A stretch of 64,000 nucleotides of DNA from Candidatus Marinacidobacterales bacterium (lineage in GTDB: Bacteria > Acidobacteriota > Vicinamibacteria > Marinacidobacterales > DATDRI01): the NCBI GenBank assembly GCA_965226495.1, contig OZ245365.1:992001-1056000 (forward strand). Direction: 5' to 3'. The position numbers and the translations under genes were made by a program. Every line of letters begins with the position of its first letter. Position 1 is the stretch's first letter. The notes under the pieces were generated by a model. The model searched no databases and was not told where the DNA came from. It saw only the letters and a program-made list of their open reading frames with translations. This document shows, in pieces, positions 27,997-36,969 of the stretch.

Positions 27997-30399
27997 GTGA
28001 GTCGCGGGCGAGACAAGAAGAAACGCAACAAGCAGAAGCCCCCGAAAGCTTTGCCTTCCGTGTCTACCCCTGCCACCCCGGGAAAGGGCCGTCGTATCGT
28101 GTGGCCAATCGTGGTCGCCGCGATAGCTTTTGTGTGGGCCGGGCTCTGGCTCTGGGGACCCCGGAGCGATATTGGCACCACCAAGAGCGGTGCTCCTCTC
28201 AACATCGTGCTGGTGACGGCGGATACACTGCGAGCCGACAAGCTGGGTTGCTACGGGAACACCCGTATCAGGACTCCCAACATCGACCGGATGGCGGAAG
28301 AGGGGGTGCTCTTCGAGAATGCCACGACCGTCGTTCCTCTTACACTACCCGTCCACTCGTCGATCTTCACGGGCACCTATCCCATGTACCACGGCGTGCG
28401 GGACAACAGTGGCTATTACCTGGATTCGAAGCACGTCACGTTGGCCGAGTCTCTCAAAGAGAAAGGCTACGCCACGGGAGGTTTCGTGGCGGCCTTCGTT
28501 CTGGATTCCAAGTGGGGTCTGAGTCAGGGCTTCGACCGTTACTTCGATGATTTCGATTTCGCGAAGTACGAGACGGTGAGTCTCGATTCGGTGCAGCGCC
28601 GGGGTGACGAAGTGCTGGCAGAGGCGCTCGACTGGATGGACTCCGCTCGCGAGGGACCGTTTTTTTCGTGGATCCATCTTTATGATGCCCATACGCCCTA
28701 CGAGCCCCCCGAGCCTTATCTCAGCCAGTACGGGCCGGGCCCGTTCCAGCGTTACGATGGTGAGGTCGCCTACGTCGACAGCCTAATCGGTGAGCTGACG
28801 AGTTGGCTCGAGACCAAGGGACTCGCAGAAACCACAATCGTCGCCTTCATGGGTGATCATGGAGAAAGCCTCGGTCAGCATCAGGAGACGAGTCACTCGT
28901 TCTTCATATACGACGCCACGACACACGTACCCTTCATCTTGAAGTCCCCATCCGTGGAATCTAGCGGGCAACGGGTCGCGGCTCAGGTAAGCGTGATTGA
29001 TTTGATGCCGACCCTGCTGGACCTGGCGGCGGTCGAAATCCCGGAAGCGGTTCAGGGTCAGAGTTTGCTCGAGCTCGTGACCGGCAACGTGGACGATTTG
29101 AATGTGCTCGCTTACAGCGAGTCATACTACCCGCGTAACCATTACGGGTGGAGCGAGCTGAGGTCGCTTCGTGACGCGGAGTTTCACTATATCGCCGCTC
29201 CCCGACCGGAGCTCTTCGACCTGGCAAAGGATCCTCTGCAACAAAATAATCTCGCACTGAAGCGCTCGCGGACGGTAAGCCAGTATCAGGCCAAGCTCGA
29301 AGAGATGATGGAACGGTACAGCGCGGAAGGCATCGAGGATCAAGCGCCGCTTACGCTTGATGCGGAGACCACCGCCCAACTTGCCGCACTCGGATACCTC
29401 GGGGGCCCGTCCAAGATCAAAGTCGATCCCGACAAATCACTTGCGGATCCGAAGGATAAGATCAAGTTGTTCAACCTCATCAAGCGGGCTGGCAGCGATT
29501 CTAGTGAGGGCAGGGTCGACGATGCTCTGGCCAAGATACAAAGGGTCCTTACGGAGGATCCGGACATTTTGGAAGCCTATAGCGTTCTAGGCAATCTCTA
29601 CGCCAAAAAGGACGAGGATGACCAGGCGATCCAGGCCTATCAGGATGCTCTCACCAGGGATTCGGAGTTCAAACCGGCGCTTTTCGGCTTGGCCAACATT
29701 TACGAAGAGAGAGGTGAGTTGGACGCCGCGGCCGCGGGGTTCCGCCGCATCATCGAAATCGATCCCCGAGACAGCGGGGCGCATTTCCGGCTTGCCGGGA
29801 TTCATACCGCACGGAAAGAGTTCGCCGAGGCGTTGGAGCTTCTCCAAGACAACGTGGAGAGCGGTAGCGAACGACCGGTATTCCACAATCTCATGGCGGA
29901 GTGCTACATCGGTCTCGAGCAATTCGATGAGGCGGAAAAGGAAGTGGGAATCGCCTTGGAGATGAAGCCGGATCTGCCGAGCGTCAATTACAATCTGGCG
30001 TTGATATTAGAGGAGAAGAAGGATATCCCGGGCGCCATCGCCGCCTACGACAGAGATCTCGAGGTCTCTCCCAAGAACTTCCGGACCCATTTCAATGTCG
30101 CCAAGTTGTATGGGCAAACCGGGCGGCCCAAGAAAATGGTGGAGCATTTCGAAAGATCGATCGAGCTCAACGAAAAATTCGCTATTGGCCACTTGTATCT
30201 CTCGAAGCATTATCTCGACGTCGGAGACCTGGAACGTTCTTTGGATCTCGCCAAACGAGGCATCGAGCTCGGCCCCGAGCCCTCAATGGCACCATTCGGA
30301 CACTACATTCTCGCCGATGTTTACAATCGTCTGGGGCAGCCGCAGGACGCCGAACGGGAGTTGGCCGTAGCGCATGGGCTCGAGGGCGCACCTGACTAG
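27997..30399 (+). CDS. Membrane-anchored sulfatase-like (alkaline phosphatase superfamily) hydrolase with C-terminal TPRs
   Basis: TADTLRAD, PLTLPVHSSIFTG, HLYDAH, GDHGE, then multiple TPRs. GTG start chosen because TACAAT lies 7 nt upstream. Confidence 0.85.
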   Translation: MSRGRDKKKRNKQKPPKALPSVSTPATPGKGRRIVWPIVVAAIAFVWAGLWLWGPRSDIGTTKSGAPLNIVLVTADTLRADKLGCYGNTRIRTPNIDRMAEEGVLFENATTVVPLTLPVHSSIFTGTYPMYHGVRDNSGYYLDSKHVTLAESLKEKGYATGGFVAAFVLDSKWGLSQGFDRYFDDFDFAKYETVSLDSVQRRGDEVLAEALDWMDSAREGPFFSWIHLYDAHTPYEPPEPYLSQYGPGPFQRYDGEVAYVDSLIGELTSWLETKGLAETTIVAFMGDHGESLGQHQETSHSFFIYDATTHVPFILKSPSVESSGQRVAAQVSVIDLMPTLLDLAAVEIPEAVQGQSLLELVTGNVDDLNVLAYSESYYPRNHYGWSELRSLRDAEFHYIAAPRPELFDLAKDPLQQNNLALKRSRTVSQYQAKLEEMMERYSAEGIEDQAPLTLDAETTAQLAALGYLGGPSKIKVDPDKSLADPKDKIKLFNLIKRAGSDSSEGRVDDALAKIQRVLTEDPDILEAYSVLGNLYAKKDEDDQAIQAYQDALTRDSEFKPALFGLANIYEERGELDAAAAGFRRIIEIDPRDSGAHFRLAGIHTARKEFAEALELLQDNVESGSERPVFHNLMAECYIGLEQFDEAEKEVGIALEMKPDLPSVNYNLALILEEKKDIPGAIAAYDRDLEVSPKNFRTHFNVAKLYGQTGRPKKMVEHFERSIELNEKFAIGHLYLSKHYLDVGDLERSLDLAKRGIELGPEPSMAPFGHYILADVYNRLGQPQDAERELAVAHGLEGAPD

Positions 30400-30413
30400 C
30401 TACATAGGGGGCT

Positions 30414-32231
30414 CTACTGGAATAGTTTCGCTGGCGCGCTGATGACCGCCCATATTCCCTTTCCGACCTTCTTGAAGGCCCGACCGAAGCGCTGCCCTTG
30501 CACATCCTTGACGTCTTCGTTGGACATCAGGGTCTTGTAGTTGTGGGAGTTCCACGCGGGGAAATAGACGGTTCGAAGTAGGCGAGTGGGTGTCTCCTTG
30601 AACACTTGGCCGGAGACTCGGCTCATCAGGTAATCGCCTTGCTTGAACTCGGGATCGAGCTCGACCAAGATGCCGGCGATGGTAAGTTGGGACTTTATGA
30701 AGTTGGCGGCGTTGAATCGGATCGAGAACCCTTGCCGGCCCAACTCGGTAATGAGATTGTTCAATCGCTGAAAAGAATCCCGGTCCTTGTAGGTCAACAC
30801 GCGGTCCACCAGATCGCTAAGCGCCTGTTTTTGCGAGGGGGACGTCTCTTCGAGCTCCACCAATGCGCCCAAGTTGTTCACCAGGCGCTTGGGATCTCCG
30901 AGGGTGAGTCCGACCAAGAGTTGGATGAGTTGTTTCCGTTGCGGCTTGGGGAACACCTCGCTCAAGCCCCAGTCGATGAGCGCAATACGGTAGGGCGCCG
31001 TGGGATCGTCGATGACGTGAAGGACGTTGCCGGCGTGCGGATCCCCGTGGAAGAGAGCGTCTTCCTGGCCCGAGAAAATGACATCGAAGGTCAACGCGTC
31101 ACTCAATCGTCGTGCGAGCTTGGCCCGCGCCTTGGGATCGCCGGGGTAGGCATCGGTGATTTTGACGCCGTTCACGAATTGCATGCAGGTCACGGTGGGT
31201 GTGGAGAACGCGTATATCTCGGGAACCAAGATATCCTTTTGACCCTTGTAGTACTCGGCGGCCCGGGCGAGGTTTCGCTGCTCCTCCGGAACCTGTATTT
31301 CCTTCGCTAGCGCGTCGCGCACCTCCTGAAAGAGCTCGACCACCGGTGCCGCCCCGATGTCATAAAAGTCCCCGTGGTCCTGCAGGTTTTGGATAGCCGC
31401 TTGCAGAATTTCGAGCTCTTCTTGGAGGCCGGTCGTGGCGTACGGCTTCAAGACCTTGCAAACGGCCTGCTGGGTGATTTGCTCGCCCGGTTCGATCACA
31501 GTAGCGCGGATGACGGCGCCCACGCTGGCCTCGGCGAGGACGTCTTCCGCGAAATGAAGCTGGTAGCGGGAAACGACATCCTCGCCCAGGGCATCCACGA
31601 CTGCTTCTACGACTTCATCGCCGGAAGTTGTGGCAATGCTGTTTTCGAGTGTTTGGAGTGCCTTCCTGATGTCAGGGGCAATGGCGGGGTTTCTCGCCAG
31701 GATTTGCCCCAACTTTTGTAGGCTCGGGGTCTTGGCAACGAAAGCCAGCAGCAAATCTCCCCGATCCGCGTCGCGCGGAAGCCGAGCCTGCTCCATCAAA
31801 CGCTCGACGAATCGCTCTTCGCCAAGGCGGTTCAGAAACAGGAGTAGAGAATCATGGACGAGGGGAACCCAATCTTCGGCGGACGCTGGGATAACTTCCA
31901 ATACTCGAGACTGGTGGAGAAAGAGCTCGACGATCTCGGGACGCCATCTGTCCCACTCGACCTTTTCCATGACGGCGAGGATCTCTGTTTCCGAGATCGC
32001 CGATGAGTCCACGGCATCGGGTGTCTGCAATGCGGCAAGAACTTGGGCCCGCACATCAGGGTCGAGCTGTGGAAGGATGGCGGTCGCGATGGCTAGCCCG
32101 GCGAGCTCGGGGTCATAGGTCTCGTAATGCGCAAGCGGTGTAGGGAGGGGGACTTCGGACGAGTGTGCAACCAAAGACGAAAAGAGAGAAACGCATGAAA
32201 AGAAAACGGTGAGTTTTCGTCGCGACGGCAC
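30414..32231 (-). CDS. ABC1/AarF/UbiB atypical kinase
   Basis: QKLGQ (KxGQ), AEASVGAV, VCKV, FHGDPHAGN, LIDWG. Confidence 0.85.
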   Translation of the reverse strand: MPSRRKLTVFFSCVSLFSSLVAHSSEVPLPTPLAHYETYDPELAGLAIATAILPQLDPDVRAQVLAALQTPDAVDSSAISETEILAVMEKVEWDRWRPEIVELFLHQSRVLEVIPASAEDWVPLVHDSLLLFLNRLGEERFVERLMEQARLPRDADRGDLLLAFVAKTPSLQKLGQILARNPAIAPDIRKALQTLENSIATTSGDEVVEAVVDALGEDVVSRYQLHFAEDVLAEASVGAVIRATVIEPGEQITQQAVCKVLKPYATTGLQEELEILQAAIQNLQDHGDFYDIGAAPVVELFQEVRDALAKEIQVPEEQRNLARAAEYYKGQKDILVPEIYAFSTPTVTCMQFVNGVKITDAYPGDPKARAKLARRLSDALTFDVIFSGQEDALFHGDPHAGNVLHVIDDPTAPYRIALIDWGLSEVFPKPQRKQLIQLLVGLTLGDPKRLVNNLGALVELEETSPSQKQALSDLVDRVLTYKDRDSFQRLNNLITELGRQGFSIRFNAANFIKSQLTIAGILVELDPEFKQGDYLMSRVSGQVFKETPTRLLRTVYFPAWNSHNYKTLMSNEDVKDVQGQRFGRAFKKVGKGIWAVISAPAKLFQ

Positions 32232-32250
32232 TAGGACACTAAGGTGCGCG

Positions 32251-34653
32251 TCAGTCTTGGGAGATGGTAAACGAGGTCGATTCGGCGAGCGTCTTCAATG
32301 CCGCGGCGTCTGGGTCGTCCTCGTTTTGATCGATTCCACCTCGGTATGCAGATCGGATCGAACGATTGATGTCGAAGCCACGCGGGACGGAGACGTACGG
32401 AGCAGGAAGAACAACCGTCTCGGTGCCGCTCGGGCCGATCAATTGAATGGCTTTCAAGTACTCCGCCGACGCGCGAAGAGGATCTCTCGCCTGCGAATAT
32501 GTAATCCCCAGGGAAAGCGGAATGGCCGCATCCTTCGATGCAAAGAGTCTCGCACGCTGGAGCTCGGTGGCGGCACCCGCAAAGTCCTTGGCGCGATACT
32601 TGGCGTCCGCAAGGGTTAGCCGGGCCGGAAGCTCTTCGGCGCCGATTCCCAAGGACTGTTCCAAGAGGGTCACCGCTTCGCGAAGTTTGCCCTCCGCGAG
32701 TGCGACCTGGCCCAGGACCATGACCCGTTCGGCTTCTGGGATTCCTTGCGCAGATTCCAAAATCTGCCGCGCCTTCGTTAGATCTCTTCTGTCTCCTCGA
32801 TGCTTTCCGATCGCGAGCCAGGTTTGACCCAGTGAAACTTGGGCTCGCGGGTCGTTGGGCTGGGTTTGCAGTGCTTGGATCAACTCGACGCGGGCTGGCT
32901 CGTATTGTTTTTGCTGAAGGAAGACGTCACCGAGCAACCTGTGCGAACGAGCGTCTCCGGTGTCGAAGCGAACGAACTCCCGTGCCACTTGCTCGGCTTC
33001 GTCGAGCTTGTCTTGCTTGAGGAGCGCGTATCCAAGCTCGGTGAAAAAGTCTCCGTCGGCGTCGATGTGCGCTCTCGCGGCACGTAGCTCGCGCTCGGCA
33101 AGCACGTGTCGTCCCTCCGCATTGAGGAGGGTTCCTAGCAACAACCGCGCCTCTCCGTCGGACGGATCGATCTCGAGCGCCGCCTCGAGATGGTCGAGTG
33201 CTTCGTCCGGCCGATTCAACTGAACCAAACTGGAGGCTAAGCGGTACCGGGCACCGGAATCCTGACTCCCGGAATCGACGGCCTGGAGATAGTACTCCGC
33301 CGCTTCTCTATACCTGCCCCGCACGTAAAGCACATCGCCTAGCTCTTCCGCAGACGTTGGGGCATCTGGCTCGAGCTCCACGGCCCGCGTCAGATCGGCA
33401 AGCCCTCCTGCCTCGTCACCCAACGCCAATCGGGCCCGACCCCGGCCCAGGTGCGCAGGAGCCACATCCTTCCAGTCGGTGAGAATCTTTGAATAGGCCT
33501 GCGTAGCCTCCGTGTACTGGCCGGCGTTGAAAGATGCCGATGCCTGGTCGAGAAGTTCGACCGGTACCCGTCTTCCAATCAGCGAAGACAACGAGAAAGC
33601 GACGAGCAGAAGTGCGACAACCGCGGCCGCCCCTCCGAGCAAAACGTTGGGCGGCAGCGGCAGCCGCCTGAAGTCAAGTGTCCGCAGGGGTGCGGATCCC
33701 GAAATGCCCAGGATCTCGTGGTCGATTTCAGGGGCTCCCGGTGAACGCGGATTAGTGTCGGGGGCCGCAGCGCCCCGATCCGTTTCTGGCTCTTGAAAAT
33801 CGAGGTCCTTCGCTAATTGCGATTCGGCCTGCACGGCCTGCACGGCCTGTGCGGCCTGTGCGGCTTGAATAGGCCTTGCAGATTCACCATGTTGTGCATG
33901 GGCTTGTTCAGCCAACCGGGTCTCGTTCTGCCTCATGACATCCGATTGCTCGACGGTCTGGGCGACCAGCAGCAGAGCGTGCGCCTCCTCGGCGAATCCT
34001 TCGCTGAGGAGCTGACCTCCAAGGGAGATGATCTCTTGGGCACATTTATCGCGCCGCTCCTGGGACTTGGTTGCGGCGAGGAGAATGAGGCACTGGTAAG
34101 TTCGGCTGGCGGGGTCGCTAGCGAGACAGATCTTCCAAAACTCGATCGCTCTTCTAGTGCTCCCTTTGGCGAAGGCTTGGGCTCCGGCCTTGAGCTTGCG
34201 GAGCGCGTTCGCTTCCGCAGCCTCGCCCGATTCACCGGCTCGCGCTACCTCCAAAAGCTCGCGGGCCTCTTGCATGTCTGGGAACTGGTCCGCCATCTCA
34301 CGCAACTCCCGCGCCGCTGCTGTGAAATCGTTAGCGGCCAGCGACGTTAGGGCGAGCTGCAGGCGAGCTTCGAGTGCCTCTTCACTCTGATGAGTAACCG
34401 TTTCGACGGAGAGGCTGCCCTCTCTCAGCCTTTCCACAACGGTTTCGTGCTGCGTGTCCACCCAGTGAGAGATTTCCACGCGGTGCTTGGATAGGGGCGC
34501 GAACTCATGCACGTCCGTCTTTGTCCGGTAAATTTCCTCGACGCCTTGCAAAACGCGGGTCTCGATGATGGGGATATCGTCGCCGAGTAGCTCGGTACGT
34601 ATACTGAAATCGTCCGAGCCCACGGTGAGCTCGGTCTTGCGGCTGACACTCAT
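32251..34653 (-). CDS. Membrane-anchored TPR protein
   Basis: Central TM (LLGGAAAVVALLLVAFSL) followed by many TPRs. Confidence 0.8.
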   Translation of the reverse strand: MSVSRKTELTVGSDDFSIRTELLGDDIPIIETRVLQGVEEIYRTKTDVHEFAPLSKHRVEISHWVDTQHETVVERLREGSLSVETVTHQSEEALEARLQLALTSLAANDFTAAARELREMADQFPDMQEARELLEVARAGESGEAAEANALRKLKAGAQAFAKGSTRRAIEFWKICLASDPASRTYQCLILLAATKSQERRDKCAQEIISLGGQLLSEGFAEEAHALLLVAQTVEQSDVMRQNETRLAEQAHAQHGESARPIQAAQAAQAVQAVQAESQLAKDLDFQEPETDRGAAAPDTNPRSPGAPEIDHEILGISGSAPLRTLDFRRLPLPPNVLLGGAAAVVALLLVAFSLSSLIGRRVPVELLDQASASFNAGQYTEATQAYSKILTDWKDVAPAHLGRGRARLALGDEAGGLADLTRAVELEPDAPTSAEELGDVLYVRGRYREAAEYYLQAVDSGSQDSGARYRLASSLVQLNRPDEALDHLEAALEIDPSDGEARLLLGTLLNAEGRHVLAERELRAARAHIDADGDFFTELGYALLKQDKLDEAEQVAREFVRFDTGDARSHRLLGDVFLQQKQYEPARVELIQALQTQPNDPRAQVSLGQTWLAIGKHRGDRRDLTKARQILESAQGIPEAERVMVLGQVALAEGKLREAVTLLEQSLGIGAEELPARLTLADAKYRAKDFAGAATELQRARLFASKDAAIPLSLGITYSQARDPLRASAEYLKAIQLIGPSGTETVVLPAPYVSVPRGFDINRSIRSAYRGGIDQNEDDPDAAALKTLAESTSFTISQD
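33825..33869. repeat. 9-bp tandem repeat (cggcctgca/cggcctgtg, 5 units) encoding QAA/QAV
   Basis: Read directly from the sequence. Confidence 0.85.
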
Positions 34654-34741
34654 GAGAATAGCTGTATTCTATTGGTCGGGTGATCTATATACAACGAACC
34701 GGTCCTGGTCTGCAATCGTCTTCCGGCTGGTTCTGGAGTCG

Positions 34742-35123
34742 CTAACGGTCACCGTGCAAGAGTGGCGACCAGGATGGATTCCCGTTGCCGGCGGCAGGGG
34801 CTCCATCGTTCGTGCGGGCTATGCCTCCTTCGAGGGTCGTCAGGCGCATCACGCCAGAACCATCCGCGTTCATGCGATAGATCTCAGCATGGCCGTCTCG
34901 GTAGGACTCGAAGACGATGAACTGACTGTCGGGAGACATGGACGGGTAGGTGTCCTGTTCCGGAGAGTCGGTCAGGCGGGTGTAGATCTCGGAATTGCCG
35001 TCGCGTTCGCCCTGAAATGCGATCTTGGTATTGGTGAGCGCCTGCGCGAGGACCGTGGCCGGTAAGGTCGAGGCGACGATACGCCGAGAGTCAAGCTGAA
35101 TAGAGTAGTCTGCTACGAGTCAT
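34742..35123 (-). pseudogene. Degraded TolB-like (PD40) protein
   Basis: AAGGAG-ATG at 35123, frameshifted signal peptide, then KIAFQGERDGNSEIY|TRLT...PSMSPDSQFIVFESYRDGHAEIYRMNADGS...NPSWSP. Too short for a full propeller. Confidence 0.7.
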
Positions 35124-35157
35124 CACCGGCTCCTTCTCAGGTAGTTGGTCCTTTGTC

Positions 35158-35616
35158 CTAACGTTCCGTCACTATTTGATCGGTGGTCCAGACCGTTCCT
35201 TTGGAAATCGAGAAGCTCGCTCCATCCACCTTGCCCTCGCGCTGGACGCCGACCGACAACTCGAACCCCCACGTGCCAGGGGAATAGTCGAACGGCCCAA
35301 AAGATGTCGTGGTGGCCGGAAACTCGTCGGAGTAACCCCACGTGTTGGTTATCCCGAGCTCGATGCCAGAGATAATAGATGTATCCGTGGGTTGCCACAA
35401 TTTCTCTATCTCGTCGTCGTAGCCGGTCATTTCCCACCGAATGAGTGACATCGGAATGGACCCCGAGTCGTAGAATTCATCCATAAACTCCTTCAGGACG
35501 AAATCGTCACCAAGCTGGTTTGCGCGGTCCCTAAACAGCTTCATGAACTGTGCATGCGTGTTGTGCCGACGCTCCGATGGGTCGACAGTACCGTAGCGAA
35601 TCCATATACTTACCAA
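35158..35616 (-). pseudogene. Chimeric remnant: DUF885-like C-terminus joined to unrelated sequence
   Basis: QFMKLFRDRANQLGDDFVLKEFMDEFYDSGSIPMSLIRWEMTG resembles DUF885 C-termini. Confidence 0.55.
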
Positions 35617-35693
35617 TCTAATGGTTCGCTTGTCTTGATCTTTCCCTTTTCGCTATTAATAATGAAGGATTCGTCGACCGAGGTACGGAAACC

Positions 35694-36746
35694 GTGAAGA
35701 GTTCACCGCCAGACGGCCTTACCCATGCCGGATTGATTTCTGACGAGACGTGGCGCGAAGCCGTCGCGGCGGGCAAATCATTGCTCGAGAGCGGACCGGA
35801 TGTCGGGACTCTGTTGCGAGAGACGCAAGGCTGGCTCGTAGCTCTCCTTAGGTCAGGAGCCCTGAGCAGTAGCGAGCGGGTCGAGGCAGGGAACATTCTT
35901 GCGGAGATCGGGGATCCGCGCTTTCGGGCCGATGCCTTCTATTTTCCCGACGAACCGCTCCTTGGATTCGTAGAGATTCCCGAAGGTTCTTTCATGATGG
36001 GCGAGGGTAAGCAGCGTCATGAAGTGACTCTGCCCACTTTCTATATCGGCCGCTATCACGTTACGGTGGCCCAGTTTCGCGCCTTCGTGGAAGAGTCCGG
36101 GGTAGAGCCTGGGACCCCCGACACTCTGCGAGGCCGGGCTAATCATCCTGTCGTGTGGGTGAGTTGGTACGAGGCCCGAAAGTATTGCGAATGGCTCACT
36201 CGAAAACTGACCGGGCTCTCTCTGAAAGACGACCTGACTGAGCGAGAGCGGTTGTTTTGGCAGCTATTGCGTCGTGGATCCGCTGTTGTGACGCTTCCCT
36301 CGGAGGCCGAATGGGAAAAGGCGGCACGAGGAGAAGATGGTAGCACCTACCCGTGGGGCGACGAGATCGATTCGGGCAGAGCGAACTACCGTGACACTGG
36401 AATCGGTACCACTAGCCCGGTCGGCTGTTTTCCCGCCGGGCTCAGTCCTTATGGTGTGGCGGATATGAGTGGCAACACCTGGAACTGGATGCGGAGTTTG
36501 ATGGGGAGAGACTTGAAGGAGTTGGAGTTCGGATATCCCTACGATCCGAGTGACGGTCGAGAGAACTTGGATGCCGCGCCCGAAGTTCTGCGAGGAATGC
36601 GCGGTGGTGCCTTCCCGGTCGAGCCAGAGCGCGCCCGGAGCACGTTCCGTGATGGTGTGCCACCATCGGGGCGCGACGTCGCGGACGGCTTTCGCCTAGT
36701 AGTCACGCCGGTCACGCCGGTTACGTCGAAGAGAGAGGAAGGTTAG
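35694..36746 (+). CDS. FGE-sulfatase (SUMF1-like) domain protein
   Basis: F.MG, VTVAQFRAF, HPVVWVSWYEA, LPSEAEWEKAARG, YPWG, DMSGNTWNW, RGGAF, GFR. Confidence 0.85.
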   Translation: MKSSPPDGLTHAGLISDETWREAVAAGKSLLESGPDVGTLLRETQGWLVALLRSGALSSSERVEAGNILAEIGDPRFRADAFYFPDEPLLGFVEIPEGSFMMGEGKQRHEVTLPTFYIGRYHVTVAQFRAFVEESGVEPGTPDTLRGRANHPVVWVSWYEARKYCEWLTRKLTGLSLKDDLTERERLFWQLLRRGSAVVTLPSEAEWEKAARGEDGSTYPWGDEIDSGRANYRDTGIGTTSPVGCFPAGLSPYGVADMSGNTWNWMRSLMGRDLKELEFGYPYDPSDGRENLDAAPEVLRGMRGGAFPVEPERARSTFRDGVPPSGRDVADGFRLVVTPVTPVTSKREEG

Positions 36747-36764
36747 ATGTCAGTCATGCGGTGA

Positions 36765-36869
36765 AATGGTGTGGAGCTCGGCATCGGACAGATTGCGGTG
36801 TTCACCGAGGAAGGTTTGAAATACCTGGATCGGGCGCAACCTGGTGACCGATGGCACATCATTCGTTGA
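36765..36869 (+). pseudogene. C-terminal gene remnant, possibly an M24 peptidase
   Basis: Startless frame NGVELGIGQIAVFTEEGLKYLDRAQPGDRWHIIR*. Confidence 0.35.
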
Positions 36870-36969
36870 ACTGGGCCTGGCCCTCAAGTACGACACAGAA
36901 TGACCGCTACTTACGCAGGGCTCCTTAGTACCCTTCGGTCTCTCCTGGGCCGGCGGAGGTAAGGAAATC

